From the human T2T-CHM13v2.0 reference genome, Homo sapiens, in the NCBI RefSeq assembly GCF_009914755.1, contig NC_060931.1: a stretch of DNA of 64,000 bases; one strand, given 5' to 3'. Position numbers and translations under genes: made by a program. The first letter of the stretch is position 1. Every line of letters begins with the position of its first letter. Positions 28,219 to 39,364 of this stretch are shown one piece after another. A model generated the notes under the pieces. It made no database searches, was not told where the DNA came from, and saw nothing but the letters and a program-made list of their open reading frames with translations.

Positions 28219-28916
28219 TTGTTAGTGGTGGCAAATCTGTACACATATGCAGCAACCTCAATTCTTGCTGCTCACTCAGACGAAAGAATTGGACTAGGAG
28301 GCATAGGGCAGAAGGGGAGACCCAGGCACGTTTGCGAGCAGGAGTGACATTTTATTAAAAAGCTTTAGAGCAGAAATGAAAAGAAGTAAAGTACACTTGG
28401 AAGAGGGCCAAGCATGTGACTTGAGAAATCAAGTGTGTGGTTTGACCTTTGACTTAGAATTTTATATGTTGGCATGCTTCTGTGGTCTTGGGTCTCTTCT
28501 CCCCTGATTCTTCCCTTTGGGTGGGCTGTCCGAATGCCCAGTGGCCTGCCAGCACTTGGAGGGGACTGCATGTGCAGTGTATTTACTGCAGTTGTATGCA
28601 TGCTCACTTGAGGCATTCTTCCCTTACCAGTCAAGTGTTCCTATAAAGTCATATACCAGTTAAACTCTGCCATTTTGCCTCCTAGCATGCATGCTTGAGC
28701 CCACTTGCCCAGCTCCTGAGATCTTATTGGGAAGCTGATCAACAGTTTCAGGTTTTTCTAGCTATTGGTGCCTTTCTCTGGCACAGGCTATTGCCAATTG
28801 TTATTTAAGAGAGACAGTTAAGTGCCTGACCATCATCTGATGGTCACCTGACTTTCCTGCTGGTAGAGGTGGCCCTCTCGTGTCCTCTTCATGTCTGACT
28901 AGCTACCTATGCAGCA
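28219..28916 (-). mobile_element. MER50 (ERV1) solo LTR
   Basis: tgttagtggtggcaaatctg...gcagcaacctcaattcttgc...gcaggagtga.attttattaaaagctttagagcag; strand by consensus convention, less certain. Confidence 0.8.
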
Positions 28917-28974
28917 CCTCTCTTATAATATTGATGCCACTTATTTACTTATTTGTATAACATTACAACTTTGA

Positions 28975-29212
28975 ACAAATAGTTATCTATTAGATAACAA
29001 TTATACATCTATTATAGATCTATTTGATCTGTAATGATAATTATTTATACATCTATTAGATCTATAATAATAATTTATAGATCTAATAGATCTATAATAA
29101 TAATTATTATTATCTATTAATAATAGATCTATAATTATTATTATAGATCTATTTTATATAACTATAATAATAACTATTTACAGATCTATTACATAACTAG
29201 CTAGATCTATTC
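28975..29212. repeat. AT-rich degenerate minisatellite built on the palindrome TAGATCTA
   Basis: Repeated (t)agatcta units with (TAA)n spacers; several internal inverted repeats. Confidence 0.85.
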
Positions 29213-30080
29213 CTTTTGACAATTTCTCATTAAACAGAAGAAAACAAAATTTTATTTTACCGATATTCATTGCTTCTCAGATGCTCTTTATGGAGCTCCA
29301 ATTTTGTATATAATTTTCCTTCTTTCTGAAGAACTTCTTGTAATGTTTCTTTCAGGTAGCGTTTACTAAACCTAGTAGTAAAAAATGTTTCCTCAGTTTT
29401 TGATTTTCTGAGAAAGTATTTATTTCTGCTTCACTTTTGAATGATCATTTTGGTGGATAAATTATTCTTAGTTGGAATTTTTTTTTCAGCATGTGAATAT
29501 TTCACTCTACTCTTTTCTTGCTTCTATTGTTTCCAAAGAGATGTTTGATGTAGTTCTTATCCTTGTTCCTTGAAGGTGGTTTTCCTCTCTTCTGTCTATC
29601 TTGTTTCTTTTTCTTTATATGAATGCCAAGGTGTATATTTTTTGGTCTTTATTTGCTTAGTGTTTTCTGGGTCTGTGTTTTAGTATCTGTCAATAATTTA
29701 AAAAAATTATCAGTTATTACTATTTCAAACATTTCTTGTGCTCCTTTTCTCTCTTTCTTCCCTAGTATTTCAATTACACATATATTAATCATTTGTAATT
29801 ATCCTACAGTGCTGGGATATTCTATTATGTCATTAAATTTTTTTTTCTGTTCATTTCAGTTTGAAAAGTTTCTATTGACATAATTTCAAGCTCATTGACT
29901 CTTTTTCTCAGATGTGTCCAGTCTACTTATAAACCCATCAAAAGTCATTTTACATTTCTGTTACTATGCTTTTGATTTTTGGCATTTCATTTTGACAATT
30001 TCCCAATGTTTCTATTTCTCTGCTTACATTACCCATACCTTCTTATATCTTGTCCACTTTTCTCATTAGAGCCCATACAT

Positions 30081-33000
30081 CATTGATGAAAACTGTATCA
30101 GTCTGTTCTCACACTGCTGATAAAGACATACCTGAGACTGAGTAGTTTATAAAGGAAAGAGATTTAATTGACTCACAGTTCCACTTGGCTGGGGAGGCCT
30201 CACAATCATAATGGAAGGCAAAGGAGGAGCAAAGTAACATCTTACATGCTGGCAAGCAAGAAAGAGAGCATGGGCAGGGGAACTACTCTTTGTAAAACCA
30301 TCAGATCTTTTAAGACTTATTCACTATCATGAGAACAGCATGGGAAAGACCTATCTCCATGATTCAATTAATCCCACCAGCTCCCTTCTACAATATGGGG
30401 GAATTATGGAAGGTACAATTAGAAATTTGGGTGGGAACACAGCCAAGCCATATCATTCTGCCCCTGGCCCCTTCCAAATCTAATGTCCTTTTCACATTAT
30501 AAAACCAATTATGCCTTCCCAACAGTCTCCAGAAGTCTTAACTCATTTCAGCATTAATTCAAAAGCCCACAGTCCAAAGTCTCATCTGAGACAAGGCAAG
30601 ACCCTTCTGCCTATGAGCCTGTAAAGTCAAAAGCTAGTTACTTCCTACACACAATGGGGGTATAAGCATTGGGTAAACACACCCATTCTAAATGGGATAA
30701 ATTGGCCTAAACAAAGGGGCTACAAGCCCTATGCAAGCTCAAAAATCCAACAGGGCAGTCAAATATTAAAGCTCGGAAATGATCTCCTTTGACTCTAGGT
30801 CCCACATCCAGGTCACACTGATGCAAGATGTGGGTTGGCTCCCATGGCCTTGGGCAGCTCTGCCCCTGTGACTTTGAATGGTATAGCTCTGCTCCTGGCT
30901 ACTTTCATGGGCTGGCATTGAGTGCCTGCAGCTTTTCCAGGAACATGGTGCAAGCTGTTGGTGGATCTACCATCCTGGGGTCTAGAGGACAGCAGCCCTC
31001 TTCCCAGAGCTCCACTAAGTAGTGCCCCAGTGGGGACTCTGTGTGGGGGTTTGCATCCCTTCTGCACTACCCTAGCAGAGGTTTTCCAGGAGGGCTCTGC
31101 ACCTGCAGCACACCTCTGTCTGTACATCCAGGCATTTCCATACATTCTCTGAAATCTAGGCAGAGGTTCTGAAATCCCAATTCTTGACTTCTGTGTACCA
31201 GCAGGCCCAATGCCATGTGTTAGCTGCTAAGGCTTGGGGCTTGCACCCTCTGAATCAACGACCTGAGCTGTACATTGGTCTCTTTCAGTCAGGGCTGGGA
31301 AGCAGGGCACCAAGTCCCTAGGCTGCACAGAGCAGGAGGGCCCTGGGCCCAGACCAGGAAACTGTTTTTCCCTCCTAGGCCTCTGGGCCTATGAATGGAG
31401 GGGCTGTTGTGAAGTTCTCTGCCATGCCCTGGACACATTTTTCCCATTGTCTTGGCGATTAGCATTTGGCTCCTTGTTACTTATGCAAATTTCTATAGCC
31501 AGCTTGAATTTCTCCCTAGAAAATCATTTTTTATTTACTACTGCATTATCAGGCTGCAATTTTTTTAACTTTTATGCTTTGTCGCCTTTTGAATGCTTTG
31601 CTGCTTAAACATTTCTTCCACCAGATACCCTAAATCATCTCTCTTAAGTTCAAAGTTCCACAGATCTCTAGATAAGGGGCAAAATGTCGTGTCTCTTTGT
31701 ATAGCAAGAGTGACCTTTACTTCAGTTTCCAACAAGTTTCTCATCTCCATCTGACACCAGCTCAGCCAAGACCTTATTGTCCATATCACTATCAGCATTT
31801 TGGTTAAAGACATTCAACAAGTCTCTAGGAAGTTCCAAACTTTCCCACATCTTCTTGTCTTCTGAGTCCTACAAGTCTTTAGGAAGTTCCAAACTTTCCC
31901 ACATTTTTCTATCTTCTTCTGAGCCCTCCAAACTGCTCTAACTTCTGACTGTTACCCAGTTCCAAATTCATTTCCACATTTTCAGGTATCTTTACAGCAG
32001 CTCCCTACTATCTGGTACCAAGTTACTGTATTAGTCTGTTCTCATACTGCTAATAAAGACATAGCCAAGACTGGGTAATTTATAAAGGAACGAGGTTTAA
32101 TTGACTGACAGTTCCACATTGCTGGAGAGGACTCAAAACCATGGTGGAAGGCAAATAAGGAGTAAGGTCACATCTTCCATGGCTGTAGGCAAGAAAGAGA
32201 TCATGTGTAGGGGAACTTCCCTTTATATAACCATCAGATCTCATGAGACTTATTCACTATCATGAAAACAGCATGGGAAAGACCTGCCCTCATGATTGAA
32301 TTACCTCTTACCAGGTCCCTCCCAAGACAAGTGGGAATTATGGGAGCTACAATTTAAGATTTGGGTGGGGACAAAGCCAAAACATATAAACATCCAAACC
32401 CTGTAAAAGATTTAAAGAGTTATATTCTGAGCAAATATGAGAAATCATGGCAGAGGACAGTCTCAAAAGGTCCTGAGACAGTGTGCCTGAGGCAGTGAGG
32501 TTACCATTTGTTTCCATATACTTTAGGAAGACAGAAATTATAGGCAAATACTTAAATTAATACATATATGATATACATTGGTTCAGCCTATAGAGGCAGG
32601 ATATCTTGAAGTTGACAGGAGTGGTGGGGGGGAAGACTGAATTAAAACTCACAGGGGGATTCAAACATTTTCAGATTGCTAATTGGTTGAAAGAGTTAAG
32701 ATTTCTAAAGACTTGTCAGTAGAAAGAATGCTTGAGTTAAGGAGGGCTGTGGAGGCCAAGGTTCTTGTTATGCAGATGAAGGCTTCGGGTAGCAGTCTTC
32801 AGAGAGAATAGACATAAGCATCTCTTCAGATCTTAAAGGTCTCTGATGTATCTCTCTTAGATCCAGGAAAGAACTAGAAAAAGAAAGCCTGGCTGCATTA
32901 ATGAAGATTCTCTACAGATATATATTTCCCTCACAATAGACAGCTTTGCAGGAACATTTCAAAATATGTCAAAAAATATGTTTTGGGGTAAAATGTTTTT

Positions 33001-33293
33001 ATTTTCTTCAGGGTCTGCTATCTGTTATGTGATGCTATACCAGAGTCAGGTTGTAAGCTGGTATCTTATTGCCACAGAAATTCTGTTTTGTCAGTTTTAT
33101 GATCTTTATTTTAGTGTTAATGCTGGCAAGTTGTGCATAAACTCCAAAATGGAGGGGATATATCAAAGTGTGTCCAACCTCCCTTCCCATCATGGCCAGG
33201 AATTTAGATTTATAGGTTTCTGTGGGGTCTCCTTGGCCAAGAGGGGGTCCATTTAGTCAGTTGAGGGGCTTAGGATTCTATATTTAGTTTGCA
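30081..33293 (-). mobile_element. MER4-group ERV1 LTR (body 32390-33293) split near its end by a THE1 provirus
   Basis: 33241-33293 is the reverse complement of the MER4 start (tg.aaac.aaa.atagaatcctaagcccctcaactgactaaatggacccc); ctgtaaaagatttaaagagttatattctgagcaaatatgag near the other end; about 13 bp left at 30081-30093. Confidence 0.8.
30094..32389 (-). mobile_element. Full-length THE1 (C/D-like) MaLR provirus: LTR 30094-30454, internal 30455-32026, LTR 32027-32389
   Basis: Two similar LTRs (tgtat.agtctgttctca.actgct.ataaagacata...agccaa.ccatatca) around THE1-int (ttctgcccctggcccc...; ORF MYGNAWMYRQRCAAGAEPSWKTS typical of MaLR-int). Confidence 0.95.
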
Positions 33294-36050
33294 TTCTTAA
33301 TTATAGTAATTTTAGATTCCTTATATGACAATTCTAAAGTCCATGTCAAATCTGAGTTTATGCTTGATTTTTGTATTTTCTCTTGCCTTTAGCATGCCTT
33401 GTAATTTTTTGTTGAAAGCCATACAAGATGTATCAGTTACAGAAAATGTCCTTTAGTATGGCTTTTATGATAATCTTGCTAGAAGGTAGTCTGTGTATAA
33501 TGTTTGCTGTATTCTGTTGGTACTAGTGCTAGAGGCTTCAGTGTCCTTTAGTGTTCTTGTCATTGGCCCCTCCTCCTCCCTGCACACCCACCCCCAACTT
33601 TGGAAAGTTGGAAAGGTTTCCAAGGTTGGAAGTTGGTATCTTATTGCCACACAGAGTCTGTTTTGTCAGTCTTATAATCTTTCTTAAGAAAGATCCTTAT
33701 GATTCTAAAGATCATAAGACTGGCAAATAAATAGATGGAAGTTTCAGCTTTTACAACTGTAATTCATTGTGATTTTATTGGTTTCCTGTTGATGTGATGG
33801 TAAGGTGTGGGGAAAAAAAGTGTTTAATAATCTTGTGATTAAATCTCAGTATTTTACTGGGACTGAGTTGTTGGACTGTGACCTTCACAACTTTTTATTT
33901 TTATTATTTGCCTTTTTCTATCTCTCAGTAGAAAGAAAGAAGAAAGGCTGGGAGGATTTAGGGACTGGAGTTTGTTAATTGTCCTCCCCCCAGGTCAGAT
34001 AAGTTTCTGGGAAAATATTTTTCCTTGCAGTGCTGTCTTCGTTATGGAGAAAATGATTTAGCTGTATTTCAAAAGGGTTACTTTTTTCCCTGTCCTGCCA
34101 AAAATATAAGGGTATTTTTCTTTGATCTTCACCATGAGAACCTGATGTTGTTCTTGGAGGTAAAACTCACCAAAGTATGCTCCTACCACCCCAACCCTAT
34201 GACTGGGTGACTAGGAGTTTCTCACTCTCAAGCTAGTCCACACTTAGCTTCCAGCAATTCATCAAAATTATCATTTGAGTATTCTTATCATCATATGGCT
34301 CCAGCAGCTTCTGGCCCAAATAATCTGATGGCAAGTATGCTCATCTTTATTCACCTGTCTCTAGCTTTTAGGTTGGTGGTTTTGCACTGTGACCTCAATT
34401 CTCTGATGCTTCTCCATTAAGTCATTAATTATTGGTTTGTCAAGCATTTTCCTTGTTTAATTATTTATTAGTTATTTATTTATTACTGCTTTCTCTTGAA
34501 ATTGTTTTCTATGATCTTAGTAGCACACTATAAACATCATTTTCTCCCTGGTTTTCCCTGTAATTCACAATAATTGAATACTACTTCTATGTGTTTTATT
34601 ATTATAATAAACACTAACTCTCTATTCTACATTGTCCTTTTTGTTCACTTAGCAAACTTTACCTGGAAAGCTCATTCATGCTACCGTCTTCAATGATCAC
34701 CTATAGAATTATGCCATGGAACTATTTTGTTTGGTCTAGACATCTTCCAAAGTTCTAGATGTGTGGGTCCATCTATTTACTGAGCATCCTGACACTGAGG
34801 CATAAAATTACTGAAAACTGATTACTGAGGAGTACTCTCAAGAGACAACCTGGTTAAGGGTACCTCTTACTCAGTGATCTTCCCCTCTTGCAGGAGTGAT
34901 CTCCTCTCCAGTTTCTGCCTGCTTTTGTTATTCTCCAATGTCTTTAAGAAGGTATCATCATTATAATTATAGCTTATCTTGGTATCAATGGAAGGTTAAT
35001 CTGACATAATGTTTTCTTTCATTATCAGAACCATACCTATTCTGAATGAAATTAAACCCTCAAAATGATTCAAACTTATCTCTGTAGTTCACTACCTAAA
35101 CCACTGTGAAACTGACACTGAGCACAATACATTTAGTGTCTAGGGAACAGTTTCCTGAGTAAAGCTCTTTCTTTTTACAACAGCATATCTAATTCAATAT
35201 CGCAACAAATGTACATAATTGCTAAAGAGACAAATTATTTTCTGAATTCTATTCCTGACCTTATAACCCAAGTTGAGTGAAATAAATTTTAACAATACAA
35301 ATGTCAGTGTGCCTATTTGATAGATTTATATAAGAAAAGAAAAAAATGTTATGAATAGACATAAGTACACTTGACCATATATTAATATATTTTAAATTAA
35401 TTTTTGAAACTAAGTAGGCTCTAAAGCACTCAGCTTAAAAAAAAAACAAAAATAAAAACAAACCTAAGAAAAGATTCTATAGATACAATTTTTCAACATC
35501 ACATTCTGGCTATTTGAGATTAAGAGATTCTGTTTTAGGTAGCCCATATTTTAGACGGATAAGAAGAGTGGCAAGAACCGCATTCCTTTATAGCAGGTAC
35601 CGTCCTGTACCTGCTATAAGTATTCAGTGGTTTGTTTTTTCAATATTTGCTTCGACATAGTATTTTTTTTCTTTTATCAGGGAAGGAGGTTTGCATTGGC
35701 TTCATATATTGATCTAATTATAACTTTTTTTTTTTTTTTTCAGTCTTTACCCTTCTGTCTTACTGGGTATCTAGGCTTTCTGGAAAGTCAATACCATAGC
35801 ACTAAACATGAAAAACTAGGGGAGGATGACAGGACAAACACAGGTTTTAATATTTAACAACACATTGACCAACACGTTGACCAAATACACTGATTATTTT
35901 AAAATGAATTGCCTTAATTAGGAGAGAAATATGGTTATGTGTCTCATATTTGGTTTTCTGGTACATAAGAAATATTAATATAGTTGCTAAATTGCTTTGC
36001 TCTTTAAAAGTGTTTTTGGAGCTCAATGTAATTAAAACACTTTTTTTTTT

Positions 36051-36344
36051 TTTTTTTTTTTTGACAGGTTCTCACTCTGTAGTCCTGGCTGGAATGCAGT
36101 GGCAGGATCACGGCTCACTGCAGCCTCAGCCTCCTCAGGCTCAGGCGATCTTCACACCTCAGCCTCCTGAGTAGCTAAGGCTCCAGGCATGCACCAATCA
36201 CACCTGACTAATTTTTATATTTTTAGTAGAGACAGGGTTTTGTCATGTTGCCCAGGCTGATCTCAAACTCTGGGGCTCAAGAGATCTGCCCGCCTTGGCC
36301 TCCCAAAGTGTCAGAATTACAGGCGTGAGCCACTTCATCTGGCC
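36051..36344 (-). mobile_element. AluJ(b)
   Basis: Poly(T) plus dimer; TSD aattaaaac on both sides. Confidence 0.95.
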
Positions 36345-37187
36345 CAATTAAAACTATTAACATCAATTCCAATATTAGTATTATTGCTTTAGTATCAGAT
36401 ATTAGAGACAGAAATAAACTAATAGTTTAAACGTCACCATTTTGATGTTCAGTTTATCAGCATGGGAAAAGATAACTATGCTAATCCTCTACTACATCCT
36501 CATCCCCACGTTACCTGTTATTGGAAGGTTGAAATGTATGTAATTAGACAAAACTTTTATTCTTCAAACAGTGATGAGTCTAAAATACATGAATATTTCC
36601 TCAAGAGATAAAATATTGATTTAAATTCACAATATACACTTTAACAATATTAATTTCCTAAAAAGAGTTTTTTTATTAAAATACAAAGGAACAAGGCTAC
36701 TAGCTACCTATAATTATGAAAATCATAAGCAAATAAAAAACTTGGAGATCTGTTAATATTTTACCTAAAATTGTAAAGATCTAATATTTTTGACTCCATT
36801 ATCTTATTTAATTATTAGAGTAATCATAAAAGACAGGAATTCATTTTCCTATTTTTACATTTGAGAACATGGAAACCTGGATGAGTTAAGAATTATTTCA
36901 AAGGCAGTGAAGCAGAGGTTGAACTCATGAGATTCTGAAGGTTATGCTCTTTCCATGATATATTCTGAAGGCTTTTAGTATAGTCCGTAATAATTAAAAA
37001 ATTATTAATAATCTTTAATTATAAATATTAACTAATTATCTAGGTTATTCCGCTGGGATATTTATTTTAGAAATTCTTTTTGTGCCTTTAATAAGGTCTG
37101 AAAACTATTAAATTTATTATTATACTGTGTTTGTTTACAGCTTTGCAATGCTGATGAATATTCTCACCATATATAGGCTACTGTCTT

Positions 37188-38380
37188 TCCTTTTTAATTA
37201 ACTTTTTATTTCGGAAGAATTTTAGATTTACAGAAAGGTTGTAAAGAACACAAAAAATTCCTATATACCCTACATGCAGTTTTTTGTATTGTTAACAGGT
37301 AACATTAATATGGTACATTTGTCAAAATTATCGAGGCAATATTGATATATTTTTACAGCAATTGCTTTATTTATATTTTCTTAATTTTTACCTAATACTC
37401 TCCTTTTTGTTCTAACATCCCGTCTGTTAAACCACAGTATACTTGTCATGTCTTAAGCTACTCTTGGATGTGACTGTTTCTCAGACTTTTTTTTTTTTTT
37501 TTCTGTAGATAAATTGGCTGGTACAGACTTTCTTTGTTTTTGATGACCTAAAAAGTTTGAAGGAGAATTGATCAGGTATTTTGTAGACTATCTATCAATT
37601 TGTTATTGTCTGATTACTAGTAGAATGGAGTTAAATATTGTGTGGAGGGAGACTACAGAGGTGAAATAATATCTTCTTCACATCATATCAAGGGCACACA
37701 CTGTCAACATGACTTATTACTGTTGATGCGAATCTTGATCTCCTGGCTGAGGTAGTGTTTGTCAGGTTTATGCATTGTGAAGTTATTTTCTTTGCCTGCC
37801 TTCCATACCGTACCCTTTGGAAAAAAGTCACTATTCACAGCTGACAGTTAAGGGTTGGAGGGCTGTGCTCAGTCTTTTTCAGGGTAAAGAATCCACATAA
37901 GTTATTTGATATCCTTCTGTACAGGAAAGTTTTTTTTTTTCTATTCTCCCTTATTTATTTATTCATGTATTAATTTTTCTATCAGTATGGACTCATATAT
38001 ATTTATTATATATTGAGTTATAATCCAAAATTCCATCATTTATTTTGTTGCTCAAATTATTCCAACTTTGGACATTAGGAGCTTGTTTAGTTGGCTTCTG
38101 TAACCTTTGACATTCCATCATTGTGGTTTTTTATGGAGCATTTTCTTATTTTCCAGCACTGCAAGGTGTTATACACTCATTTTTCTTTCTGTTTTCCTTT
38201 TTTAGATTTGGGTTTAGCAATGTGCTAGGATAAAAGAAATAAAGCAAGGGAGGAGGGAATAAGGGAAGGAAATCTACATTCATCTTTCATATTCCCTGTT
38301 CCAGTCCTGGAAACAACAATTTATCCAAAGGGCTGTGGTTCTATCTAATGCAGAATGGTATTAGAAACTAAGACCTGGTA
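37188..38380 (-). mobile_element. L1MC-type 3' end
   Basis: actttttattt..gaatttagatttacagaaaggttg; tcagactttc..tttgatgacct; catcatatcaaggg..gtcaacatgacttattactg motifs. Confidence 0.8.
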
Positions 38381-38689
38381 TAAAAATAAGATCTGGTATA
38401 AAAAATAACAGCTTTCAAACTGAAAAATAATAAAAAAGCAAAATTGAAAAATCAATTTAGAGATAGAATATGCCAGAATTGTTTTGTTATTATTTGGTTA
38501 AAAGTAAATATTTACAGTTTAAAGGGATTTTATGATATTATTAGCATAAACTAAAAAGCATTCATATTATTACATTTTTATAAAGAGATGTAATATATCT
38601 GTTAACCAAAAATATGTCACATGTCAAGTACTCTTCTAGATGTTTGGAATTTTTCTCTCTCCTTCATGTCTTAGTTTGACTCTGCCTGT

Positions 38690-38698
38690 CTCTGTTTT

Positions 38699-38735
<37 letters not shown>

Positions 38736-38780
38736 CACACACATGCACACACACATACACATGCACAATCACGTATACAC
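38690..38780 (+). repeat. Compound (CT)n-(CA)n microsatellite
   Basis: Read directly from the sequence. Confidence 0.92.
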
Positions 38781-39364
38781 AAAAAAACTTTAAAGAGAAA
38801 AGGAATGTTTACAAAGCTTTTATAATCTATTCAAGGATGTGAGCATAATTTTAATATATTTATTACATAGCAAGTAAAGAGTGGTGGCAATCTGATTTAC
38901 ATTGTGAGAAGTGACGTGAAGGGTCACAACAATGGTACAAAGGACACTCAGCTGACAGGTGCATGTATGTCAATCTTATGGCTTAAAACAACAGTAACCA
39001 TAAGTATACCTGAAGATCTTTTTAGCAATAATGCTAGTTTCTAATAACTGCATTGGCACATGATGACACACACTTAATTCTTCTAAATTATGAGTTGATA
39101 TTCTTAAATGATCAGGTGAACTATTTAGGGGAAATGTTAATGATAAAATGGAATAAAATTTCCAGGTAAAAAGGATTATGCAAACCTTGATCCAAATACT
39201 GCATTTTATTTTAATTAGTGAAATAACCTGAAATGGTGTTTAATTTAAACTTTTTATAACACAGATAACTCATCTAAAATAAGTATTTTTTAAATTGTGG
39301 TGTTTTAATGATCAAATATTGGTCATAAAGCTATATTAATTTATAAAATGGTCAAATTCAAACA

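Larger units (their letters stand above)
26390..30080 (-). mobile_element. Old L1M element fragments (3'UTR, ORF2, ORF1 pieces) interrupted by MER50; resumes at about 33294-34450
   Basis: gaatgtcatacaattgaaatcacacaatatgtagcc; ttccaaaatggctgcacaatttcacattcc; aatatagctactccagctttc; ORF1-region ttctgagaaagtatttatttct motifs. Confidence 0.8.

Noticed and set aside
30813-31813. ORFs in the THE1 internal region
   Set aside because: Fragments of the decayed MaLR internal ORF; frameshifted and not intact.
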